From positions 3,267,929 to 3,331,928 of the forward strand of contig OZ037769.1 in assembly GCA_964035545.1 (NCBI GenBank): a DNA stretch of 64,000 nucleotides, given 5' to 3'. Below are positions 13,464 through 26,282 of this stretch, in pieces. Below the pieces are notes generated by a model that was given only the letters and a program-made list of their open reading frames with translations, was not told the origin of the DNA and did not search any database. Within the stretch, counting starts at the first letter, position 1. Each line of letters begins with the position of its first letter. The position numbers were made by a program, and so were the translations under genes. This DNA comes from Bugula neritina (Eukaryota; Animalia; Bryozoa).

Positions 13464-14747
13464 TTATGTTTGAGCATTTGACTGAAAAGATTTCAATACT
13501 TGGCAGGCTGCATCAAGAGTTTCATCAGCTTTAAAGAAACAGATACGGATGTAATTTTCAGCCAGATGTTTGTGTTCGGGTCCATAAAAAGTACTCACTG
13601 GAATTACAACTAAGTGTTTATTCATAATTAACCATTTCACAAACTTATAGTCTATCGCATCCTCGGAATCGTCTTTAAACGTCGTTTTATCAACTCCTAG
13701 CTTCGTCCAATCAGCAACTATGAAATATCCAGCTTCTGGTATCACCGGCGTCAAACCTGCGGCTTTCAAAACATCCACCATTTTATCTCGCTTCGGCAAT
13801 AACTCCATGTTGGGTAAAATATTCAAATACGACTGCTCTGGGTTTTGTTCCAGTCTATCAATTTCTACATCAATGACTTCGGCCACTGCTTCCTGAATAG
13901 GAGTACAGCATGTACCTACGGCTTTCTGGTGAGCGATCATAAGACTTTTTATCAAATGCTTGGGACCAACACTCCAACCTAGTCGCCATCCGGTGGCATT
14001 AAACATCTTTCCAGCTGAACTAACAGTGATTGTACGATCCCACATACCAGGTAGTGTTGCAATTCGAACGTGTTGAGAGCCGGGATAAACCATCCATGCG
14101 TATACTTCGTCTGCTACACAAATCACGTCATACTTAATGCAGAGGTTTGCAATCACAGTCAATTCATCTTTTGTATAAACTTTCCCTAACGGATTGTTTG
14201 GGGTATTCAGTATCAGAAGTTTTGTTTTATTACTAAACTTTGACTCCAATTCAGCTGGGTCGAGTTTCCAGTCGGCGCTAGTTTTTACTTCGGTTCCATC
14301 TGGTCGCAGAGGTACAAACACCGGCGTTCCACCAGCTATTCTTGTCATTGGCACGTAGCAGTCAAAGAAAGGTTCAATGATGATCACTTCTTCACCAGGA
14401 TTAACCAATCCTTGGAAACAGCTAAATAGACTCTCATATGCTCCGGCAGTCACCACAATTTCACTCATTGGGTCCAACTCCCGCTGGTGAAGCTTGCTGT
14501 ACATCTTAGCGATAGATTGCACCAACCGTGGATGGCCATACATCCTAGTATACTGATTGAACATGTAGTTACCAGACTGAAGAACTTTGCTGAGTGCATC
14601 ACACAGATACTGTGGAGGGGGAGAGTCAGAAAATCCTTGACCTAAATTGATAGCCCCAGTTTTTCTCACCATGTCAGTGATGGTAACCCACACACTAGAG
14701 TCATTTCCAGCTAGCCTGTCCGCTTGCCATACTTTGCTAGAATCCAT
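13464..14747 (-). CDS. KYAT3: Kynurenine--oxoglutarate transaminase (KAT I/III, PLP aminotransferase class I/II)
   Basis: 427-aa uninterrupted ORF with INLGQGF, NQYTRMYGHPRLV, EPFFDCY, LNTPNNPLGKV, ADEVY and SAGKMFNATGWRLGW (PLP lysine). KYAT1 vs KYAT3 not resolvable. Confidence 0.93.
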   Translation of the reverse strand: MDSSKVWQADRLAGNDSSVWVTITDMVRKTGAINLGQGFSDSPPPQYLCDALSKVLQSGNYMFNQYTRMYGHPRLVQSIAKMYSKLHQRELDPMSEIVVTAGAYESLFSCFQGLVNPGEEVIIIEPFFDCYVPMTRIAGGTPVFVPLRPDGTEVKTSADWKLDPAELESKFSNKTKLLILNTPNNPLGKVYTKDELTVIANLCIKYDVICVADEVYAWMVYPGSQHVRIATLPGMWDRTITVSSAGKMFNATGWRLGWSVGPKHLIKSLMIAHQKAVGTCCTPIQEAVAEVIDVEIDRLEQNPEQSYLNILPNMELLPKRDKMVDVLKAAGLTPVIPEAGYFIVADWTKLGVDKTTFKDDSEDAIDYKFVKWLIMNKHLVVIPVSTFYGPEHKHLAENYIRICFFKADETLDAACQVLKSFQSNAQT

Positions 14748-15100
14748 ACCTGTTCAGCAAGTTTCTAGTGGTAATATTCCTAGATTGATTGCAGCAGGCA
14801 GTACTAACTACACATTTGCACACGTCCTCAGCAATGCAAAAGGCTGATCCATTCAACTTTTGCTACTACAGCAGCTTATTGGAGGTATGCCGTTGTTTGT
14901 GCAATGAACCGTGCAGTAACAACGTGTCCTTGGCTTTATCTAATCTCAACGTGTGTTATTAGGCCTTTTGGCATGACCGCCCGTATTATAACTGCCAAAT
15001 CAGAAATACAGCAGCGGTCTCTTGGTTCTCGGTCTAAATAAAAGTGATCTATTGTTAAAATTCTAATTTGAAAGCCAAGGGTTCTATATCCTGACCTATA

Positions 15101-15250
15101 ATGTTGAATAGTTTTATAAGCCGCTCCGAGTTGGAGGTGACCGAGTGCAGTAATTTGTGGATCTCCAGTTTAGACTGGGGTTTTCCTACTTCAAACTCAA
15201 GAGCTGCACTCAATCACCCCCAACTCGGAGCTGCTTATAGAACTATTCTA
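15101..15250. mobile_element. Short palindromic MITE
   Basis: GAATAGTTTTATAAGCCGCTCCGAGTTGGAGGTGACCGAGTGCAG pairs with CTGCACTCAATCACCCCCAACTCGGAGCTGCTTATAGAACTATTC. Confidence 0.75.
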
Positions 15251-16020
15251 TAATAAGTTGTATAGACATAATATAACTCATAAATATTAAGTATGTAGCA
15301 TGAGAAGTTGTCTCATCATAAGATTGTGAACGATGTGTCTAAACTTAGAGAGCCAAGTCTAAGTACAGGAACTTACTGCATAAAATAATCAAAATTAAAT
15401 TCATCAGGTGTATTTTAAGCCTGAGTTCTAATATAAAAGTTAAAGGCTTAAGCTAAACTGCAAACAGCACAAATTAAATTGAAGATTTTTTGAACATTGT
15501 AAGCACTCTTAATCATTTGTAAAGAATGTAAACATGGTAAGACTATCAATGTATAGTATGAAAGCACTACCTATACGCTCTGAATTGGAAATAACCCAAC
15601 AACACACATATACCTGGCCGATTGTATACATGGAAACTTGCATGTAGGATGGCATTTATATTGCTTATCCTAGCTGATGTTCATAGCAGGAGTTGCATAC
15701 TCATGAAAAAACTAAGCTAATCAAAATATACACTTTCGGCACATTGCCTAATTTCAGCTAAAAATAGTATAATAATAATATATTAACATACTGAACTATA
15801 TCAATCTAATGATGTGATTCTATCTAGGTATAACAGCATTGACAGAATAAAAAATTCAGCTGTGAGCAAACAAGAATTTGCACAAATCAAACGGTTCCAG
15901 TTTATCGCAACTGAAATTTGAGCACAACAGAGATGATCTTGCATTGACAGTTGACACCACAGTTATGTGATTTTCTAGACATCAGAGTTCTATAATCCTT
16001 TAGACATCAATATTCTGAAT

Positions 16021-19000
16021 TCACGACTTAACAAAGTCTACAAATGGAGTTTTTGGATAATTAAACAGGATTATTTCGTATTTATATAAGTCTTTGAGAA
16101 TGTCCATGTGTTCTTTGCTAATATCTTTGTAGTAGTCCTGGTAGTTGTTTGAAAAGGAGCCTTCTCCAGGCCTTAAGACTTGTTCGTGCAATTGTTGAAA
16201 GTATTCACTCAAATTACTTTTGTATCCAGCATGTGTAGAAAGAACATGTATTGCCTCTTTATCCATGTTTTCTTGTGAAACTGAAATATATATAGAAATT
16301 AAAACTATTATCTAATGTGGAATGCTCAAGAACTGGTGAATATTAAATCAAGATATAATGTAATGTTAGTCATATAAATTTGCGTTACATTATATAAAAT
16401 TTGAGAAAAAGATTGCTCTATTTGCTGTGTAAAGTGGCTGCAGTAGCTAGAGTGATAGCCTAGTAAACAAAAGATCAGTGATTTGAGTTCAACACTGGTG
16501 GTGATGTTAGGAAAAGCATCCAGTCATAATTTCTCCTGTACCATACATGAATAAGTCCTTAGCCTACTTTAGAAAAACCTTTTTATTAAGGGCTCTCCCA
16601 GGGACAGCGACTATGAACGTACACAAGTTTTTTTTAAAATGGCTGAATTTTCTATTGATCAGTAGTTTTATAAATTTCATTACTGCCTAGTTTTGAGTTT
16701 ATAGACTAATGATAATAAGCAATACAGTCTACTCGAATACTATCCCTAGATCAGGCTTATTCTATACATACAAATATAGTCATATGTGATCTTCCTTTCT
16801 CCACATAGATGGCACCTGTCAATGGCTGGCATCCAATGAAAATTTGGAGGCTTCTTTTGTTTATATAATGCTATGACACAGTGTTCAATAAACTCTCTGT
16901 AATATATAAGTTGAACATTTTATATTATAGAATCTATAGAAAAAAATTTTGACAACAAACATGTGACAGAGTTTCTCAAAACTAATACTGAAAACAAATA
17001 AACAGTTACAAAACTCTTGCTGTTTTAAATATTGCAAAATCATCAAATTGCTTAAAATTCCATATTTTGCTAAAAACTAAAAATAGGGAACAACTTTGAT
17101 AAAATTATTGCTTTGCAAAGGGTCTACCTAAACGGTGGAAGACTCGGCCATGTTTTGTTGTTGCACATTCGGCGCATGAAGCCACTTCTGAGAGGCTCTT
17201 TCAGGGTGAACCTGTCATGCCAGCAGCTCACCAGTCGGTGCCAAGGGTTCCTTGTGACAGTGAACACCTGAAATATTACCTAACAATTTATATACGCCAA
17301 AGGTTCCTTGTGACAGTGAACACCTGAAATATTACCTAACAATTTATATACGCCAAAGGTTCCTTGTGACAGTGAACACCTGAAATATTACCTAACAATT
17401 TATATACGCCAAGAGTTCCTTGTGACAGTGAACACCTGACGTATTACTCACTAGTTTATATACATCTGAGAACTATTCCTGTATTGCAATAAAAACAAGT
17501 CAGATTATCATATCGTGTTTTATTGGAATTCGTGAACAAAACTTTTGGATGTAAGCAGTTTTGCTTGTAGTATTTATTAAGATTATGAGGTTTTATGTCA
17601 AATAAGAAAAAAGAATTTAAAAAGAAAGAAATATGAAAACATTCTCACTTGATTAATTTAGCCAAATATACTAAAAAATGCGTTTATCAACTGCCAAAAA
17701 TTGTGCACCTAAATATAGCTACAATTGTAAAATACTTTGTGATAAAATCATCGAATTTTTGATATATAGGCTATAACATTTTATAATACAATATTGCATT
17801 TGATATTTAGAAATTTACTGATGCGATTGTTTATCTTTGGTTGGCCACAAAAAAGCAAGCAATTTTGCTTTGATCTGCTTCGACTGGCGTTTTTTGTTTA
17901 CTGCTGAAACAATGGATTGCTCTACAAATACACATCCGCAGTAAATGTAGCTTGTCTTCATGAGGTACTATCTTGTTACACTAGCTTTATAGCTCTAGCT
18001 ATAGTAGAATAAGCTCATGTATTAAACTATTCTGCAAGCTAATATTACTTAGACGAGCTATGAACATACCAGCTTGTTTTTAGTAGATGGGTATTTGGGT
18101 TGGAGTGACGCATTCCGCTCTTCTTTGAGGAAGAAGACTTTCCAGAAAGTATATCCAGCTTTATATGTAGCACAATATGTGAGGCGTTTAGAGCTCCAGA
18201 TCTCCCCCTTGTATACACCTTCTCTCTTTGGTGCCGTGTACCCAGATAAACTGTTACACCTGAGTATAACAATGCATGGTACCATTATATTATAGTGTAT
18301 TCAATATTATACCAAAATGTGTTAGGTATAATATTATAATGCATATTCAATATAAATGGTAAGGGGGTTCTAGCAGTTAGAGTACTGGCTTAATAGACCA
18401 AAAGTCAGCAAAAGCTTATTGATGCGTGATGTTAGGAAGGGCATCCAGTCAAAATTGCTCCTTTGCAATAATAGAAAACAAGTCCTTACTACACTTTAAA
18501 AAACTTTACCATCAGGAGTTTTCACAGAGATAGGAACTCTAAACCCACTTGAGTTATTGCAATATAATATTAAATTCTGCTTATATATAATATTATAGTG
18601 CATTCAGTATAGCCTAGTACCATAACTTTAATATAGTGGTCTATTATATAATGTTTTAAAATGCAGTGGTCTTACTTTGACATAACGCAGTCTGTTATAT
18701 TTAATACAACACTGTGCTGTATCTAATGCTATACAATGTGTATACTGCAATATTTAAATTAAACTATTATTTGTTCTGAATCTTTACAAATTGGTTATTC
18801 AAGTTGCTAAAAGAACTTTTTCTTTTCTTACTGAGTTCAGGGTATGACCTGCATCGCCCCGCACTTGTATTAAATAACCAGAAAACTACTAATAGTTATG
18901 GACTGAAATTAAAACAAAGAATGTACAACCTTCAGCATATATTATAATGGGAACATCTTGTTATTGAGAATGATTCAAATGCATGTTATAATTACTAAAT

Positions 19001-19706
19001 ATTGCATGATGCAGATTTCTTTTGGAAAAAGTGAGAAAACTATAATATATACAAGAACTGAAGCCGCTCTACAAAGATTATATCCAGAAAAAATGGACAT
19101 GTCCATGGTGGTTGGCTAATCTATTATACGTGATCTAAATTGATACTAATTTGTCACTTTAGCAATTAATGGGTCTTCTAATAAGTGCAATACTTATACT
19201 TCTTGTATTTTTGAGTTTCAAGTTGATTCACTGATAAACCATGATATCTTAGCTATATTCTTCAATTTTAGGTAGATTTTCTATTTCTGAAGATTTGTGG
19301 TCAATTTATTGTAATATCAATATGTTGAGTACTTGTACTACCTTTTTTGAATATTAATCCTCCTTTCTATTAGCATAGCCTCCATATCCTCAGAATTATT
19401 CCCGATGTTATACCAATCTGGGACCCAATGCTCTAACTCCACTGAATTATGGTTAGTTTTCCTCTGCTCTGTCAAGTTATGGTTGGTTTCTCTCAAATGT
19501 ATTGAGTTATGATTAGTTTCTCTGCCTGAAGGTACTGTGGATATCCATTTCTTTTTGCTGTAATAACTCCCGTAGTCTTTAGGAAGAGAGTTACTGGCAC
19601 CCTTTAAGTTTTCAAACTTATTTATTGTAACCAGTTTTAGAATCACGACTATTACTATTACTACTACTATTGCATTCTTCACAGACTTGCATACCCTAGC
19701 AGCCAT
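16021..19706 (-). CDS. Golgi type II membrane carbohydrate sulfotransferase (Sulfotransfer_2 / CHST8-14-like)
   Basis: Exons 19706-19342, 18259-18070, 17267-17128, 16896-16772, 16280-16021 in consistent phase. N-terminal TM anchor, 5'-PSB-like YCATYKAGYTFWK, 3'-PB-like VTRNPWHRLVSCW, HWMP..C..C..YDYI and C-terminal LY..E..LFNY. Confidence 0.85.
16430..16622 (+). mobile_element. tRNA-derived SINE, copy 1
   Basis: Degenerate A/B boxes then core TGATGTTAGGAAAAGCATCCAGTCATAATT, shared with copies at 18.4 kb and 31.9 kb. Core resembles the Meta-domain of MetaSINEs (from memory). Confidence 0.65.
17240..17463 (-). repeat. 4 x 56-bp tandem repeat spanning the sulfotransferase exon 3 acceptor
   Basis: Units start at 17240, 17296, 17352 and 17408; each has CAG|GTGTTCACTGTCACAAGGAAC on the minus strand. 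Confidence 0.95.
18360..18552 (+). mobile_element. tRNA-derived SINE, copy 2
   Basis: Core TGATGTTAGGAAGGGCATCCAGTCAAAATTGCTC and tail ..TAAACCCACTTG shared with the 31.9 kb copy. Confidence 0.65.
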
Positions 19707-20982
19707 TTTAGTAATGATGCCTAAACTATTAAATATTACCTTCTTTATTGATCACTCATTCATTAGGTTTAGATTCATGTGAGTTTATACTGGACTTGTT
19801 GAGTGTAAGCATCTGCTTTATTCAAAATTCTATTCAGGCAAACTGAATGTATCAATAGATTACTATACAGTGATGACCTAACTCTCTATTGTTGGATGAT
19901 TAGTAATTATACAAAACATTGTATTTCATACAAAGCAAACTGATTAGATATACTGTTACCTTAAATCACTAGCAATTTAGGTGTTACAGCATGTAGCACT
20001 ATATACTTCGGCTTTAGACTTCAAGGTAATTCAATAAGAAGTTAGCTTCCCATGATAAAAAATACTACAACTTATTTACACACACTAGTTATATGCGGTA
20101 CTGTCATTGTAACAATTCATCAATTTATTAGCATCAGATTATGAGAATTTTATACCGATTGTATGGTACGATGTTAGACAACCCTTAAGGCTACAGAATA
20201 CAAACTTTACTGAGGTTTTTGTCCCACAGAAATCAAAGCATCAAGTTTAGGTAGTTATAACTACTCAAACTATAGAAAAATAATATTTTTTCCTCCAAAG
20301 GTTGCATATAAATTGTATAATACGTACAGTACTGTATTCAACAGTTGATATCATAATGAGTTATGAGCTGTTATTTGGCTGAAAACAAGTAATCGGCGTA
20401 TGAGATGTTATATATATTCTAGTAGTATTACTAAATTCCTAAATGACAATTTACGTAAACCTATTTCCTACAAAGTAGTACCAGCAACTATTATTGTAGT
20501 AATCCTACCACTATAGGAATATAATTATAGTATGACAAAATGGAGGTGTTTTTTATGGAAGAACAAAATTTTAGAAACATTTAATTATTAATTTTCCAGC
20601 ATGTTAATCTCTGTAGAAAATCACTTAGGCACGTACACACTGCACTCTAATTGTATTATTCAGTTTGATTAAATTAACATTGTGTTACTTATCAACTATC
20701 ATCCAAAGTAGAGTAAATGAGAAGATAAATCCATATTAAATAAATATGCAATTAATTTACACATTTTGAATACATATATTGTTTGATATGAAGGCTGTAC
20801 AGGAAAGTTTAAATGCTTATATTATTGCATATCATAATATAAGATCATCAATTTTAAGCAAAATTATGCACACAAGAAATACTATATTATAGTAATAGTA
20901 AAAATATAGCATAAAAATAGAAATTTATCTAGATGATTGAATTGCAGGTAACTCTACATTGTTGACTAATAATAATATTTAG

Positions 20983-23900
20983 CTATTGTCTCTGTCTTCT
21001 TTGAACGCACCACGGGCACCTTGTTGGGCACCCCGTACTGCTTACACGAGGCTGGATAGTTCTCCAGCAATTTTTGTCACTCAAATCAGGACAATCCAGC
21101 TAAATTGAAAGAATATACAAAGGTTATTATTATTTGTAGCTTTCTTGTTTCCATATAAATTAAGAGATTCAATAATTTTCTTCATAATTATTTTACATAA
21201 TGATACGACACTTGTGTTGTGCTCAGAGTGGATGCCAATCAAAATGATCAGCAGAAGCACGGCAGAATAATTGAAATAAAAAAAAATCTTTATGGTACAG
21301 AAGTACATTTTTGGCAGAATGCATGCCTCATGTAATACACAGTGTAATAAACAGAGTAATATACACAGTATAATACACTATAATATAATACAAGGTATAA
21401 TGCACATTGTAATACACAGTATATTACACATTGTAATATACACAGTATATTACGAATTGTAATACAGAGACTTACACAGTATATTACACATGCCAGATAT
21501 TATAAACTAAAAAAGGAAGTGTGCACGTAAATAAAAGCTGGGTTGTGGTGGTGAAGCACATATAAATATAATATATAGGACAGACATGCACAGTGTGTAC
21601 AAAGTTATAGTCTAAAACGTAGTTGTGGCATATGATTGATAGATGCAAATACCTGTGACAAAAACGTCAAATAAACTAACACAAACTGTTACGAAAAATG
21701 CTGTATATTTTCTCCGCACATATATTTATATAATTTAGGAAACACTGAGCATTAATTTCAAATTTGTTAACATAAAGAAGGCTTTTTCACAATTCCTTTA
21801 CTTTTGGTGACAACATTCGCTACAAATTTGAAATATTGTACACTCGTACATTACATGCTAAAACTTATCTCAAAAGGATTTGAAAATAAAATCAAACATG
21901 AGCCAAGTAGCATACCAACTGAACTAAACTTTATTGCGTTTAGTTTAGTTGGCTTGTCATTCACCATTTTAATGAATCTCTACTTATGCAGCTACTCAAA
22001 TCTTAAAGCAAACATGTAAAATAGCGCAGGAGACCACAAGCCTTTACCTTAGGGCACCCGTGAAGCGTAGTCACACTGACATGGGAAGGAGGTGTTGTAG
22101 TCACACTGACATGGGAAGGAGGTGTTGTAGTCACACTGACATGGGAAGGAGGTGTTGTAGTCACACTGACAGAGGAAGGTGTTGTACTGGCACTGACAGA
22201 GGAAGGTGGAAGGGAAGTATCACTAGTTACAGGAATATTAGAAGCATCACCTGAAGGAGATTCATCCGATGCAGTTTCCGCTGTAGTTACTTCCTGTGAA
22301 CTATCGGTAGTAGGTTCCGGATCACCGCATGTGATACAACTTGGGCAGCTGAAACCATTGGGAAACGTTGTAATTATTCTCTGACAGTCAGGTCCCGGAG
22401 CTATGCATGGCACTGCTGAGCACACCTGTAGTGGAAATTGAACAGTTGCATTTAGTAAAAAAGAAATTTCAATAGCAAAGCCTTCTTAATTTTCTTAATG
22501 AGTTTTGGTTTGGAGCCCAACTTGACTTTGTCACGAGAACATAACTACCTCATGCTTTTCTCAATTTTTCTATAACTGTACCTACCTCAGCTCAGTTACC
22601 TGACCTAACTTATCAATATTACTTACAGTAAGTGCTATAGTATGTACATAATGACTACAGTGCTCATTCCTGCTTGGAGTATGACAGTCACAGTGTGTTG
22701 ACTAGCTTTTTCTGATAAGCAGATCATGCTGTGGAAGTTCAGTCAACTGGCTTTTTACATATTTCTGTTATTATTACCATCTTTGTATTATTACTATGCC
22801 ATCAACCTAATTATATTTGTAGTTGTTGCAGTTATCATGCCTTGCAATAAATGCTGAAGCTGTTTTTTTATTCAAATATAATAGTTTTCTGAAAGAATTG
22901 TATAACATGAGTTGAAAAACATGCTGAAATGAGTGTATTATGATTTCATTTGCTAATGCTTGCAAAAGTAACTACGTCAAATAAATATTCTTATTTGCTA
23001 AAAGAAATAGCTGACCACACTTTTCTGCACAATCAATCATTCACATGGGCATTAGGATCACTGTCCAGCTTATCTTCTTATTGGCAAGATAGAAAAGTGT
23101 ATACAACTTGTATTTGCCCGGCAACAACCCAGTCGAGGATGCATGGGAAAGTTTAGATTCCAGTGACAGCATATGGCTTAGCGATAACAGTAAAGGGCTC
23201 AGGATGTCACCAGAATGACCCGGAGGTTTAGACTTTAGAATAACAAAGTATGCTTTTTAACTTTGGTTGCCTAGATCAGCAATGCAGGGTAATTTATGGT
23301 ATTGCAAGGTAATGCAGGGTATTGCAAGGTATAATGCAGGGCAATGAAGACTCATATAGGTCTTGCTTCAGACTGCTAAATGAAATGCTGTCTCAGGGTT
23401 CACCCCTATTTACACTTACCATACCGTAGGCCGTAACGTAAAATATCAGCCATTTTTCATGTGTCCGAGCTGAAGTTTTCCAAGTTCGCTATTAGGTATG
23501 ATCTATGACACTTCATTGAACAATTATATCCAATGAGTTGACGCAAAAGTTTTTTTGCCCAATCGTAGCCCGCTGCAACTTATTTGAATCAAACAGTGTT
23601 TGATCCTACCGTACCGCAACGCCGTACAGGAAGCTCAGACATTTGCAAAAATGGCTAATATTTGCTGTTACGGCTTACGATTCGGTAAGTGTGAATGAGG
23701 GGTCAAGTATTGCTTCTTTACATCACTGTGTTCTCTAAGAGTGATCATTTTTTGTTAATTAGAAGTTTTTTTTGATAAGAAAAGTTGAGTTTTCAAACAT
23801 GACATGCATTAGGACTCTGGATTTTAGGCTAAGCTAGGCTAGACTAGTTTAAACATCGTATGTATCTATAATTCTCAAGCTTCCTCTAGAGTTTAATACG

Positions 23901-26200
23901 TCAAACTATTGAAATTTTCTTGGTTTGAAGACCTGTCTTAGAGTTTATGCCATCAGATTGAGTTCACATGAAATGAATGCTGCAGACTTCAACCCACAAA
24001 CATATAAGTGGCCAAAAATTTACAGAGCTCAATTGTGTAAATTACACATTCTATTCATTGATTTTTCAGTGATTCACTTCTCAGTTCAAATACTCTACTT
24101 CTTGCATCTAAGTTTTAGCAATAAATATTATTTATATGCTTTATTTTGTTTAGTCTGTCATTCTGGGTCAAATGCTGTTTGCGCAAAGTGCTATTATTTT
24201 GCTGTGACTCTATGAACTTTCAAAAGATTATTTGATGCTTGGTAACGAGTTCGTTACAACACAAGCACTCACAGCATCTGCTAGGAAGATACACTACTCA
24301 CCACTAAACTCAAGTTTCTGATTATAAGTGGTCTGCATTTAGTAGAAATGCTGATTTGTAACGAGAAACCAAGTTCATAGCGACTTTACTAGTAGTAAAA
24401 AGTTGCAATACTGCATTGACACAAGATGTGTGGCAGATATAAGCCTATATCTAATATTATAATCTTTCCACAGTAGTCACTTATACTCTTACAATGATAT
24501 AATAATTATTTCTGTAATTCTACTACATTTACCATTGCAGATTGAGCACAGCCAAGGCAAGCAGGACAGAATGGTCCGTTAGGGAACTGTATCTCTGTCT
24601 TTAAGCAACCATCCTCCACTGGTGGACACGCCATTATTGTTGTTTCTGGGCATCGCTAAGCAATGATAGCATAACTTCTTATTATACAACAAATTACTTA
24701 TTTGAATGAATGTTCAAGAATCTTAGGGAACAATGGAAGCTTAAACACTTGGTTATTCGTAGCAATAAACATTTGGTATACAAAATAAAATGCAGAAACA
24801 AATTTTTCAGATGGCTATTGACATAACTGGGATATATTTCCCCATTATAGCACAGCTTGTTGGGAAAATTCCCATAAAGATAAATACTAAAAAATATCTG
24901 AATCCATTTGCTCCACCTCTTGGATTATATTCCTTACCTTTCCAACATTGGAGATAACTTAGGCTGAGAAAATATAAACTGAGTGACTATAGACTGAGAG
25001 AACTTAGACTGAGAGAATATAGACAGAGAGAACATAGACGGAGAGAATATAGACGGAGAGAATATAGACTAAGTGAATGCAGACTGAGAGAACTTAGACT
25101 GAGAGAATATAGACTGAGTGGCTATAGACTAAGTTACATGTACTTACCGAAGGTGGTCGGTTGGTAACTGATATTTCAATCAGGGTCTCTGTACATTGGG
25201 GACCAACGCAAGGCTAAAATATATCAATCCAAAAGTAAAACCAGCAAAAACATGTGAATTTCAAACTCTATTAAAAACAGAATTAAAGTAAACAGTATAA
25301 GTATAGGCAACAAAATATATAAATGGTTAGGTATTGTAAAACAATTAAACTTTATACTAATCTACTAGAAAACTATTTCATTCTTAATTTGTGTTAAAAT
25401 CAATTTAAACAAGGGCTTAATTATCTCTTTTGTTGAGTAGTGTTAATATTAGTATTCTATAATAAATTAGTATCAGTAGCCTATTAGTATTATATAATAT
25501 CAGTAGCTATAATATAATATCAGTATTAATGTTATAGCATATTAGTAAATTATACAGTAAATTAGTATAAGTGTTATATTTTATGTATAGTATCAGTGTT
25601 AATATTGGCAGACGTCTTTTGGTGTTGGTTACAGTAGATGTTGATAAGATGAGAAGTTATCTGCTCCTGGGTTGAATACAAATACAATGTACCAACCAAA
25701 CCTCAGCAAAAAGTATAGCACTAAACCTCTTTACATAACATATGAATGTATTTATATGAAATCCTAAACGTATATTGTTACAAGCTATGCTGGTTATATT
25801 AGCCTTAGGAACCTATAGAGTGGTAAAATGAGATGACTTCCAGCCCTTATAGTTCATAGCTTTGAAGATTTTCTGTTCTTATTGAAAATTCAAATCAAAC
25901 GATTGAGTCATGCAGCAAACAAACAAACAACTGCATGACCTGCTTGTCATGTTATCTAAAATGGTCTAGAGTTGTAAACATTTACTAAAATCTTTCCCCA
26001 ACTTTAGCTTTTAACTTACCACTCGATAAAGTTTAACCTATCACTTAACAGAGTTAAATTTACTATTTCACTAGAGCTTAACTTATTATTAACAGTTTTT
26101 ACTAACTAGTTATCATAGTTTAACTTACCGTTACTCTGTTGATAGTAGCTGTCAAAGTACAGCACACAAGTGTTGCTAGAACAAAGGCTATCAATTTCAT
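20983..26200 (-). CDS. Secreted Cys-rich protein A (251 aa): signal peptide, three 6-Cys modules, Thr/Ser/Pro mucin-like linker
   Basis: All phase-0 exons: 26200-26129 (MKLIAFVLATLVCCTLTATINRVT), 25213-25148, 24655-24533 (RCPETTIMACPPVEDGCLKTEIQFPNGPFCPACLGC), 22425-22048 (VCSAVPCIAPGPDCQRIITTFPNGFSCPSCITC..linker..GCPK), 21099-20983 (LDCPDLSDKNCWRTIQPRVSSTGCPTRCPWCVQRRQRQ*). Confidence 0.85.
22066..22215 (-). repeat. Coding 30-bp tandem repeat (TTPPSHVSVT)n in Cys-rich protein A
   Basis: GTAGTCACACTGACATGGGAAGGAGGTGTT x3 plus degenerate shorter copies. Confidence 0.9.
23403..23702. mobile_element. MITE family X copy 1 (3-bp TSD, PIF/Harbinger-like)
   Basis: Ends CCCCT..ACACTTACC / GGTAAGTGTGAATGAGGGG flanked by TCA on both sides; homologous along its length to 36772-37074. 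Confidence 0.8.
24956..25135. repeat. 15-bp minisatellite (AGACTGAGAGAATAT)n in intron 2 of Cys-rich gene A
   Basis: About 12 degenerate copies; collapsed to 1-2 copies at the paralogous position (~35625). Confidence 0.85.
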
Positions 26201-26271
26201 CCTCAGCTGTTATTATATGTCTCAAACTCCACAACTGCTGAAAATTTAAATGCAATGACTCCCAGCACTGC

Positions 26272-26282
26272 AAATATATAGC
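26272..26282 (-). promoter_or_regulatory. Candidate TATA box of Cys-rich gene A
   Basis: GCTATATATTT about 75 bp upstream of the ATG; conserved in the paralog at ~36147-36157. Confidence 0.5.

Noticed and set aside
17240-17463. CRISPR-like regular array
   Set aside because: No unique spacers, eukaryotic context and no cas genes; it is a plain tandem repeat.
18831-18902. Extra sulfotransferase exon
   Set aside because: The best acceptor gives an immediate stop; exon 1 joins 18259 directly in phase (IQKR|CNSL).
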